From the NCBI GenBank assembly GCA_001873635.1, contig MNZK01000069.1, positions 2,594-66,593 of the forward strand: 64,000 bases of DNA, written 5' to 3'. This DNA is from Porphyromonadaceae bacterium CG2_30_38_12. Its GTDB lineage: Bacteria > Bacteroidota > Bacteroidia > Bacteroidales > Paludibacteraceae. Positions 43,401 to 50,607 of the stretch are shown piece by piece (within the stretch, counting starts at the first letter, position 1; every line of letters begins with the position of its first letter). The position numbers were made by a program, and so were the translations under genes. The notes below the pieces were generated by a model that worked only from the letters and a program-made list of their open reading frames with translations, was not told the DNA's origin and did not search any database.

Positions 43401-44121
43401 TGGTTTCGGCGCCAATATCCAAGTTGCTTTTTTTTACGGCATTCATTACATCCATTACCGAAACGCCAAAAGCTTTCAACGCTTCAGGTTGTACATCAAC
43501 TTGATATTCCTTAATGAATCCGCCAACCGATGCTACTTCAGACACACCTTCGGCAGCCGAAAGACTATATTTTACATAAAAATCCTGTAAAGTGCGTAAT
43601 TCTTGCGGATTCCAGCCTCCATTGGGCTTGCCCGTTTTAGGATTGCGCCCTTCGAGCGTGTACCAAAATACTTGCCCCAGCGCAGTTGCATCGGGACCTA
43701 ATGTAGGTTGAACGCCTTCGGGCAAAGTGCCTTGTGGCAACGAATTTAGTTTTTCAAGTATGCGCGAACGGCTCCAGTAAAATTCCACATTATCTTTGAA
43801 AATAATGTAGATAAACGACATACCAAACATGGACGTACTCCGAATGGTTTTTACTCCCGGAATGCCCAAAAGTGCCGATGTGAGTGGATAACTAATCTGA
43901 TCCTGAATGTCTTTAGGTGAACGCCCCATCCACTCAGAAGATACAATTTGTTGGTTATCGCCAATGTCGGGAATTGCATCAACAGGAACGGGGTTACGAG
44001 GTATGAGGTCGGTTTTCCAATTAAATGGAGCAAACGAAATTCCCAAGACCAAAACGCTAATCAGAAATAGAACCGTTATCAGCCTATGATAGAGAAAATA
44101 ATGAACGAGTTTGTTGAACAT
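40414..44121 (-). CDS. cusA: CusA/CzcA-family heavy-metal RND permease (Cu/Ag type)
   Basis: DAIPDIGDNQ, LGPDATALGQV, IAIAIGVMVD, EFMPSLNEG, RVRPAMMT motifs; 1235 aa with insertions. Confidence 0.88.
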   Translation of the reverse strand: MFNKLVHYFLYHRLITVLFLISVLVLGISFAPFNWKTDLIPRNPVPVDAIPDIGDNQQIVSSEWMGRSPKDIQDQISYPLTSALLGIPGVKTIRSTSMFGMSFIYIIFKDNVEFYWSRSRILEKLNSLPQGTLPEGVQPTLGPDATALGQVFWYTLEGRNPKTGKPNGGWNPQELRTLQDFYVKYSLSAAEGVSEVASVGGFIKEYQVDVQPEALKAFGVSVMDVMNAVKKSNLDIGAETIELNNVEYIIRGLGYVKSLEDLDNSVVTVRNNVPVRIKDVAQTSFGPATRRGGLDKAGSEAVGAVVVARYGSNPMEVIANVKAKIKEIEAGLPQKTLPDGSVSKVTVVPFYDRTGLIKETIGTLESALTHEIIISIIVIIILVLNLKSSIIVAGLLPLGVLMTFILMRFFGVDANIVALSGIAIAIGVMVDIGIVDVENILRHLEMPENKGVRGKQLMQVIYDATTEVRAAVVTSIATTIVSFLPVFAMEAAEGKLFHPLAFTKTFALISAFILGIVVLPTMVHILFDIRIDTKKIRRFFNGVLILGGTVIVISWQIWPALALVAVGVNNLLDYKWSAQRKEYPNYINIGIAVLVALYYLTIEWLPLGAHNGTLINFLFVAGIISIILLALMSMVHFYEPILRWALINKWKFLLVPIFTLVFGFMAWRTFGKEFMPSLNEGSFLLMPTSMPHSSIDKNLQYIKMLDRRLAAIPEVEVAVGKWGRVNSSLDPAPVQMFENTINYRSEYLLDENGHRMRFKTNSDGEYLLKNGKTFRPDKDEFRPIPADSLIHSDNGEYFRQWRPEIKKPTDIWNEIVKVTNIPGLTSAPKLQPIETRLVMLSTGMRAPMGLKVYGPDLESIENAGMQFEKALKDVHSVKASSVFYDRAVGAPYLEIKLNRENMARYGMTVSEVQEVLQVAMGGMSLSTSVEGRERFPIRVRYARELRDNPEDIKRILIPAMNGSQIPLSEIADIDYTRGAQMIRSENTFLVGYVIFDKVEGKAEVDVVNEAAGVLQKKIDTGELKVPKGVTYKFAGNYENELRATERLSIVIPISLILILLLLYFQFKTITASLIHFSGVFVAFAGGFIMLWLYGQDWFLNFSVANVNLRDLFQIHPINLSVAVWVGFIALFGIATDDGVMMGTYIHQVFEDRHPSTVTEVREAVIAAGKKRVRPAMMTTAVAVIALLPVLTSTGKGADIMVPMSIPTFGGMIIQVMTIFVVPLFQAIWREHSIKN

Positions 44122-44134
44122 AATATCAATGTTT

Positions 44135-44218
44135 TAATATGCCAATGTGCTAATATGCCAATAAAGAAATGAATACCAAACAATTGACACATTGGCACAT
44201 TCCTTTATTGGCTCATTT
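44135..44218. repeat. Interleaved short inverted repeats (GCCAATGTG / GCCAATAAAG family)
   Basis: TGCCAATGTG pairs with CACATTGGCA; GCCAATAAAGAAATG pairs with CATTCCTTTATTGGC (1 mismatch); TAATATGCCAAT is directly repeated. Confidence 0.7.
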
Positions 44219-44220
44219 AA

Positions 44221-44544
44221 TTATCGGTATTTGCAGCAACCAGGGAGTGCATTATAGACTGTACTTGTGGCTTTGAACTTTGGAGTATCATGACCAACAG
44301 CAGCAATTTTTTTTTGCACATCGTCACTTTTTACTTTTGCAGGATCATAAACTAAAGTCAAAACTTTTGTTTTTTCGCTCCAAGTGGCTTTCGCCACACC
44401 ACTAACTTTAGCAGCTTTTTCAATGCGAGCTTTGCAGCTTTCGCAATTTCCGGACACTTTAATGCTTTCTGTTTTTGTTGCCGAAAATGCAACTGTTGAG
44501 ATAGTTAGAGCCATAATGGCTATAAAGAATTTTAATGTTTTCAT
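44221..44544 (-). CDS. Exported heavy-metal-associated (HMA, MerP/CopZ-like) metal chaperone
   Basis: Signal peptide, VSGNCESCKARIEKA CxxC motif, C-terminal LPGCCKYR. Confidence 0.9.
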   Translation of the reverse strand: MKTLKFFIAIMALTISTVAFSATKTESIKVSGNCESCKARIEKAAKVSGVAKATWSEKTKVLTLVYDPAKVKSDDVQKKIAAVGHDTPKFKATSTVYNALPGCCKYR

Positions 44545-44565
44545 GTTGATTTTTGTATGTAACGA

Positions 44566-44713
44566 CTCCTAAATCCCTTGTTTGACGGGACTTAAAAATC
44601 AGATTCTGTAATAAATAAAATTGGATAATAGACACGATAAATTATTTCTGTATTGATAATAGAATCAATAAAGAAACAAGGTCTTTAAGTTCCCATTGTT
44701 GGGAATTTAGGGG
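44566..44713. repeat. Inverted pair of REP-like elements flanking an inner hairpin
   Basis: CTCCTAAATCCC-ttgtttgac-GGGACTT (44566-44593) and AAGTTCCCA-ttgt-TGGGAATTTAGGGG (44687-44713) in opposite orientation; inner stem TTCTGTATTGAT/ATCAATAAAGAA (44646-44675). Confidence 0.7.
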
Positions 44714-44723
44714 CAAGTCTTAT

Positions 44724-45140
44724 TTAAATGCGGAATACACAAATGTCGGGGAGACTGACAGCGTAGGCTAAATAATTGCCTGGTGGCTGGACATGTGTGT
44801 TAGTAGTAGAATTCGTATGTAGTAGTTGAATCCCAGTCGTTTTAGTAATGTCAAAAACCTGCAGAAGTTGATTTATAGGTTGATTTGTTTGAAATGAAAA
44901 TGGGCTAAAATTACTATCTACGACAAAAAAGGACATTTCATCTTTACAACATCCTTCATTAGAGACATTAGTTAAAGGAGTTGATGCAGCTTCGCCACAC
45001 ATACCACAAGTGGCGTTCTCATGAGCAAACGAAAGTTTAACTTGTGAAATTTCACCTCCACACCAATGCGTAGCTAAACTAAGATGCATACCCGAAAGCA
45101 GTATCAAAGTTGCAAATACTATGGAGATTATTTTTTTCAT
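44724..45140 (-). CDS. Cys/His-rich hypothetical protein of the 'HYC_CC_PP' type, first gene of the metal-efflux operon
   Basis: Hydrophobic N-terminus, HWC, CGMC, CC, QPP and terminal CVFRI; own -7 box TATATTTGTA at 45155-45164. Confidence 0.75.
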   Translation of the reverse strand: MKKIISIVFATLILLSGMHLSLATHWCGGEISQVKLSFAHENATCGMCGEAASTPLTNVSNEGCCKDEMSFFVVDSNFSPFSFQTNQPINQLLQVFDITKTTGIQLLHTNSTTNTHVQPPGNYLAYAVSLPDICVFRI

Positions 45141-45207
45141 TTATTTTTGTCTATTACAAATATACAACAAAATTGAAACAAAAAAAGTTCTTTAACTTTT
45201 TTTGTTT

Positions 45208-45912
45208 TTACGAACGCTTATGGAGTCCGCATTCTTTCTGTTCCGGATTTTCCCACCACCATCGTCCGGCACGTATATCTTCGCCTGGTTCGATGGCTCG
45301 TGTACATGGCTGACAGCCAATGCTTGGGAAGCCTTTGTCGTGTAATTTGTTGTAAGGCACATTGTTGGATTTAATATAATCCCACACCTGTTGTTCATTG
45401 AAATCAATGAGCGGATTGAGTTTAATAAGGTTGTTGACTTCGTCCCATTCCACCAATTGCACATGTTGACGAGTAACCGATTGCTCCCGTCGTAAACCAC
45501 AAATCCACACTTCGAGTCCGTCAAAAGCACGTTTTAAGGGGTCGAGTTTTCGCACTTTACAGCAAAGTTTGCGTTGCTCAATGCCTTCATAAAATAAATT
45601 GATGCCTTTGGCTTTCACCAGTTTTTCCACTTCCTGATAATCCGGAAATTTCACTTCGAGCTGAATGCCGTAACGAACATTGGTTTTGTCAATCAAACTG
45701 TAAGTTTCAGGAAAAAGCCGCCCTGTATCTAAGGTAAAAATTCGTGCTGACTTATCAATTTTTACAATCAAATCCGTCAGCACTTGGTCTTCAATGCTCA
45801 AACTCGATGACAACGCAATTTTAGCTTTGTATTCTGAAAGAAAATATGATAGAACCTCTTCCGGTTTTGCGTTTTGAAATTTAATATTTAGCTTGTTTAT
45901 TAATTCTTTCAT
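45208..45912 (-). CDS. cysH: APS/PAPS reductase; the Fe-S ligands suggest the APS-reducing type
   Basis: LDTGRLFPETY, CCKVRK, SIGCQPCT, RAGRWWWE, C-terminal ECGLH. Confidence 0.95.
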   Translation of the reverse strand: MKELINKLNIKFQNAKPEEVLSYFLSEYKAKIALSSSLSIEDQVLTDLIVKIDKSARIFTLDTGRLFPETYSLIDKTNVRYGIQLEVKFPDYQEVEKLVKAKGINLFYEGIEQRKLCCKVRKLDPLKRAFDGLEVWICGLRREQSVTRQHVQLVEWDEVNNLIKLNPLIDFNEQQVWDYIKSNNVPYNKLHDKGFPSIGCQPCTRAIEPGEDIRAGRWWWENPEQKECGLHKRS

Positions 45913-45970
45913 TTTGTTTTATTAAAAAAAAAATAAGTTCATTTGCGTGATTTGCATTCCAAGTTTCTTT

Positions 45971-47377
45971 CTAAATCACAAACGAATCATCTTCCAAATC
46001 GTGCACAATCATACCTGCACCAACTGTTTCGAAGGTGTTTTCATCAATGAGCACTAAACTACCCGTTACACGATTATCGCTGTAGGAATCGTATTTCAAG
46101 GGTTTGAGCGTTTTGATGGAAATGTGTGCAATGTCATTCATTTTTACATTTTTATCATCAATAATATTTCCCAACGTATTGATGTTTACCTTGTAATGCA
46201 CTGCTTTAATAATGGCTTTCGTTTCTTCGGTGGCATGACGAATAATGTATTTTCCACCTTCGTTGAGTGGACGATGATTGAGCCAACAAACCATAAGCGA
46301 CACATTAGCGTTTACAGTAGGTTGTGGTTCAGTGGTTTTTACTATTAAATCGCCGCGGCTTATATCAATATTATCTGCCAACCGAATAGTTACCGACTGA
46401 GGGGTGAAAGCTTCTTCCAACGATTTTGTGCCTTCGTCGATGGCTATTATTTTCGATTGTGTTTTGGATGGTAATACGGTTATTTCGTCACCAACACGGA
46501 ATGTGCCTCCAGAAATCCTTCCGGCATAACCACGATAATCGTGAAATTTATCACTGTACGGACGAATAACAAACTGAACAGGCAAACGAGCCGGTAAATT
46601 ATTTTCATCTTTGCGCACTGGAAGCGTTTCGAGCAATTGCAGCAAAGTCGGTCCGTTGTACCAAGGTGTATTTATTGAAGCATCCACCACATTGTCGCCA
46701 TTTAAAGCTGAAATAGGGATGAAAATGACATTTTTAAGCTTTAGAATTTTTGATATTTGTTTATACTCATCGATAATTTTAGTAAAAACTTCGTTCGAGA
46801 AAGCTACTAAATCCATTTTGTTGACAGCTACAACTACATTTGGTATTTGCAGCAATGAAGCAATGTACGAATGGCGTTTGCTTTGTTCAATGATACCGTT
46901 TCGGGCATCAATCAAAATAATTGCCACATCGGCAGTAGAAGCTCCGGTAACCATATTGCGTGTATATTCAATGTGTCCCGGGGTGTCGGCAATAATAAAT
47001 TTGCGTTTTGGCGTAGCAAAATAGCGATACGCCACATCGATGGTAATTCCTTGTTCGCGTTCGGCACGTAATCCGTCGGTTAGCAAGGCTAAATTAACTT
47101 CTTCGTTCCCACTGATGCGTTTGCTGGCATCTTTTACTGCCTGTAATTGATCTTCGAAAATTGATTTGCTATCATAAAGCAATCGCCCGATAAGCGTACT
47201 TTTTCCATCATCCACGCTACCAGCTGTGCTGAAGCGAAGGAGTTCCATATCTAAGTAACCCCCAGCCCCTAAAGGGGAGTTGGAATTAGATTCGTTTTGT
47301 AATTTTTGATTTGAACTGCCCCTAACCCCTAAAGGGGAATTGATGCTAGTTTCGTCTATTTTATTCTTATCTATCAT
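45971..47377 (-). CDS. cysN: Sulfate adenylyltransferase GTPase subunit
   Basis: GSVDDGKST, EREQGITID, DTPGH, NKMD motifs. The N-terminal 43 aa contain REP-like sequence; alternative start at 47248. Confidence 0.95.
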   Translation of the reverse strand: MIDKNKIDETSINSPLGVRGSSNQKLQNESNSNSPLGAGGYLDMELLRFSTAGSVDDGKSTLIGRLLYDSKSIFEDQLQAVKDASKRISGNEEVNLALLTDGLRAEREQGITIDVAYRYFATPKRKFIIADTPGHIEYTRNMVTGASTADVAIILIDARNGIIEQSKRHSYIASLLQIPNVVVAVNKMDLVAFSNEVFTKIIDEYKQISKILKLKNVIFIPISALNGDNVVDASINTPWYNGPTLLQLLETLPVRKDENNLPARLPVQFVIRPYSDKFHDYRGYAGRISGGTFRVGDEITVLPSKTQSKIIAIDEGTKSLEEAFTPQSVTIRLADNIDISRGDLIVKTTEPQPTVNANVSLMVCWLNHRPLNEGGKYIIRHATEETKAIIKAVHYKVNINTLGNIIDDKNVKMNDIAHISIKTLKPLKYDSYSDNRVTGSLVLIDENTFETVGAGMIVHDLEDDSFVI

Positions 47378-47435
47378 ATTGCTTTATGTTAATATTATCA
47401 ATACTAATTTCTGTTCCCCTTTAGGGGTTAGAGGC
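47259..47435. repeat. Cluster of three REP-like palindromes (core CCCCTAAAGGGG)
   Basis: CCCCCAGCCCCTAAAGGGGAGTT (47259-47281), GCCCCTAACCCCTAAAGGGGAATT (47318-47341; cores exactly 60 bp apart) and an inverted copy TTCCCCTTTAGGGGTTAGAGGC (47414-47435). Confidence 0.88.
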
Positions 47436-47446
47436 AGGTTTTTAAA

Positions 47447-48349
47447 TTAAAAATATCCTGCTTTTTTTCGGTCTTCCATAGCTGCTTCGGAGCGTTTATC
47501 GTCAGCCCGTCCGCCGCGTTCTGTAACGCGCGAAGTGGCAATTTCGTCGATAATATCTGCGATGGAGTTTGCTGTTGAGAGTGTGAGTCCGGTGCAGGTA
47601 ATGTCGCCAATAGTACGACAGCGAACTTGTTTAATTTCAACTTTTTCTGTTGCGCGTCGGGGCATTTCGGGTAAGGCGGCATAGATAATACCATCGCGTT
47701 CAAAAACTTCGCGTTCGTGCGTGTAGTAAAGCGATGGGAGCGGAATATTTTCCTGTAAAATGTATTGCCACACATCCATTTCAGTCCAGTTGCTGATAGG
47801 GAAAATGCGGAAATGCTCTCCTACTTGTTTTTTACCATTGAAGATATTCCAAAGCTCTGGACGTTGATTCTTGGGATCCCACTGTCCAAATTCATCGCGG
47901 TGCGAAAAGAAACGTTCTTTGGCGCGCGCTTTTTCTTCATCGCGGCGCGCTCCTCCTAATGCTGCATCGAATTTGTATTTATCGAGTGTATCGAGTAGTG
48001 TTACAGTTTGCAATTTGTTGCGGCTTGCCGAAAAACCTTTTTCTTCAACGGCTCGCCCCTGCGCAATTGATTCTTCTACCGACCCAACAATGATCTGCGC
48101 ACCAAGCAACTGAACCAATTCATTGCGATAGCTAAGTGTTTCGGAAAAGTTGTGCCCCGTGTCGATATGTACAAATGGGAATGGAATAGCAGCGGGATAG
48201 AAGGCTTTGTAAGCAAGATAAGCCATCACAATGGAATCTTTGCCACCAGAAAATAGCAATGCCGGTTTTTCAAATTGCGCTGCTACTTCTCTAAGAATGT
48301 AGATTGATTCGGATTCTAATTCTTTTAAATGAGTGAGTTTGTAATTCAT
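47447..48349 (-). CDS. cysD: Sulfate adenylyltransferase subunit 2
   Basis: FSGGKDS PP-loop, GGARRDEEKARAKER, WDPKNQRPELW, MEDRKKAGYF. Confidence 0.97.
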   Translation of the reverse strand: MNYKLTHLKELESESIYILREVAAQFEKPALLFSGGKDSIVMAYLAYKAFYPAAIPFPFVHIDTGHNFSETLSYRNELVQLLGAQIIVGSVEESIAQGRAVEEKGFSASRNKLQTVTLLDTLDKYKFDAALGGARRDEEKARAKERFFSHRDEFGQWDPKNQRPELWNIFNGKKQVGEHFRIFPISNWTEMDVWQYILQENIPLPSLYYTHEREVFERDGIIYAALPEMPRRATEKVEIKQVRCRTIGDITCTGLTLSTANSIADIIDEIATSRVTERGGRADDKRSEAAMEDRKKAGYF

Positions 48350-48364
48350 ATTTCAATATTAATT

Positions 48365-49639
48365 TTAATTTCTTAATGCACTTTCAACGGCTTTTAGCGT
48401 GTGATTTAGATGAGCATCCGTATGTGTTATAGATATAAAATTCGCTTCAAAAGGCGAAGGAGAAAAATAGACGCCTTGTGCCACTAGTTTTTGAAAAAAA
48501 ATTGAAAAACGTGCTGTATCGATTTTTTTTACATCATCGTAATTCTTTAATTCGTGTTGCGAAAAAAATAAAGTAAACATGGAACCCATTTGTTGAATAA
48601 CTATGCCTTTGTTTTTTGTTAGTTTGCAAAGTTCAGCAACAAATGCAGTCGTTTTTTGCTCAAGTTGCGTGTAAAAACCTGGTTCCAATAGTTGCTTAAT
48701 GGTTTCTATACCTGCATGCATTGCCACTGGATTTCCTGACAATGTGCCTGCTTGATAAACGGAACCTAAGGGCGCAAGCTGATCCATAATTTCTTTTTTG
48801 CCACCAAAAGCAGCAGCAGGAAAACCTCCTCCCACGATTTTTCCAATGGTAGTCAAATCGGGAATAACTTGCCATATTTCCTGAGCACCTCCCAGTCCCA
48901 GTCGAAAACCGGAAATAACTTCGTCGAAAATGAGTAAAGCTCCATAGTGAGTTGTAATTTCACGCAAACCTTCCAAAAAACCAGTTTGTGGAATAATTAC
49001 ACCCATATTGGCTGGAACTGGTTCTAAAATTATTGCTGCTATGGCATTGCCTTGTCTGGCGAAAACCGACTTGACAGCGTTTAAATCGTTGAATGGCAGG
49101 CTAATGGTAAGTTTGGCAAATTCGGCAGGAACGCCTGCCGACGAAGACTGACCAAGTTGTGCCACGCCCGAACCTGCACTTACCAACATCGAATCGCTGT
49201 GTCCGTGATAGCAACCATCAAATTTTATAACAATTCGTCGCCCGGTGAATCCACGTGCTAAGCGCAGTGCACTCATAACTGCTTCGGTACCCGAACTCAC
49301 GAAACGTACTTTTTCAATAGAAGGAACTGCCTGAACAACCATTTTTGCTAATTCAGTTTCGACGAGGGTGGGAATTCCAAAACTACTTCCGTTGGCTATG
49401 GCATTGATAGCACTGGCATTTACTTTTTTGTTTCCATGTCCTAAAATGAAAACGCCCCACGACAAACAAAAATCGATATACTGATGGCCATCAATGTCGG
49501 TAAACATATCTTCGTAAGCCGATTGCACAAACAATGGAGCTACACCCACGCTACGAAGTGCACGTACAGGACTATTCACGCCGCCCGGAATATATTCAAC
49601 AGCTTCGTTATAAGCCTTTTCGGACAAAATCCTTTGCAT
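48365..49639 (-). CDS. hemL: Glutamate-1-semialdehyde 2,1-aminomutase
   Basis: PGGVNSPVRA, SGTEAVMSA, FDEVISGFR, GKIVGGGFP, YQAGTLSGNP. Confidence 0.96.
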   Translation of the reverse strand: MQRILSEKAYNEAVEYIPGGVNSPVRALRSVGVAPLFVQSAYEDMFTDIDGHQYIDFCLSWGVFILGHGNKKVNASAINAIANGSSFGIPTLVETELAKMVVQAVPSIEKVRFVSSGTEAVMSALRLARGFTGRRIVIKFDGCYHGHSDSMLVSAGSGVAQLGQSSSAGVPAEFAKLTISLPFNDLNAVKSVFARQGNAIAAIILEPVPANMGVIIPQTGFLEGLREITTHYGALLIFDEVISGFRLGLGGAQEIWQVIPDLTTIGKIVGGGFPAAAFGGKKEIMDQLAPLGSVYQAGTLSGNPVAMHAGIETIKQLLEPGFYTQLEQKTTAFVAELCKLTKNKGIVIQQMGSMFTLFFSQHELKNYDDVKKIDTARFSIFFQKLVAQGVYFSPSPFEANFISITHTDAHLNHTLKAVESALRN

Positions 49640-50573
49640 AATACGTAATTATAAAGTTAGCGCCAGCACGTTTTATGGCTGTGAGCGATTCTAAAAATCC
49701 TTGTTCTTCGTTAATTAAACCTGCAGCAGCACCATTTTTGAGCAGCGCATACTCCCCCGATACCTGATAAGCAGTCATAGGAACTTCAGGAAATTTTTGA
49801 TGCGCACGCTGAATAATATCTAAATAAGCTAAAGCTGGTTTTACCATCACCCAGTCGGTGCCTTCCTTAATGTCAGCCTCAATTTCGTCTATTCCCTGAT
49901 GAAGCGTTCTGTAATCCATTTGATAAGTTTTCCTATCGCCAAAATTAGGTGCCGAACCCGCTGCCTCGCGAAATGGTCCGTAAAAATTAGATGCGTATTT
50001 AGCCGAATAAGCTAACACTTTTGTGGGTAATTGATGAATTTTCAAAATCGTTTTTAATGCCTCAATTTGTCCGTCCATCATAGCTGATGGTGCAACAAAA
50101 TCGGCTCCGGCTTGCGCATGTACCAAAGCTATTTTTGCCAGCAAAGGCAAAGAGCTGTCATTGTCAATTCGTTCACCATCAAGCAATCCGCAATGTCCGT
50201 GGGATGTGTATTCGCATAGACAAACATCGGTAAAAATTTGCAATGTTGGAAACGTCTTTTTTATAGCTCGCACCGCGCGACAAATTAAGGAGTTGGGATC
50301 ATAACCCTCAGTGCCTAATTCATCTTTTAAATTAGTACTAATAACACCAAAAAGTAAAATTTTATCTATGCCTAAGCGGACAGTTTCATCCAAATCAATC
50401 AATAACTTATCGATTGAAAAACGTGAAATGCCTTTTAGTGATTTAATAGGTTGAATTTCGTTTACGCCATCCACTACAAAATAAGGATATATAAAATCAG
50501 ATGCCGAAATTCGAATGTCGGCATATATGTCGCGGGTTGCGGCATCGGTTCTGAATTGTCTAAATCTTTTCAT
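49608..50573 (-). CDS. hemB: Porphobilinogen synthase (Zn-type ALA dehydratase)
   Basis: DVCLCEYTSHGHCG, APSAMMDGQ, YSAKYASNFYGPFRE, VMVKPA, YQVSGEY. Confidence 0.96.
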   Translation of the reverse strand: MKRFRQFRTDAATRDIYADIRISASDFIYPYFVVDGVNEIQPIKSLKGISRFSIDKLLIDLDETVRLGIDKILLFGVISTNLKDELGTEGYDPNSLICRAVRAIKKTFPTLQIFTDVCLCEYTSHGHCGLLDGERIDNDSSLPLLAKIALVHAQAGADFVAPSAMMDGQIEALKTILKIHQLPTKVLAYSAKYASNFYGPFREAAGSAPNFGDRKTYQMDYRTLHQGIDEIEADIKEGTDWVMVKPALAYLDIIQRAHQKFPEVPMTAYQVSGEYALLKNGAAAGLINEEQGFLESLTAIKRAGANFIITYYAKDFVRKGL

Positions 50574-50607
50574 TTTTTTTTTTTGAATGTGTTATTTTGT
50601 TTAAATG

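Noticed and set aside
47259-47435. Possible mini CRISPR array (repeats 60 bp apart)
   Set aside because: Only two non-identical direct copies plus one inverted copy, inside a coding frame, with no cas genes nearby. This fits REP/BIME-like repeats.
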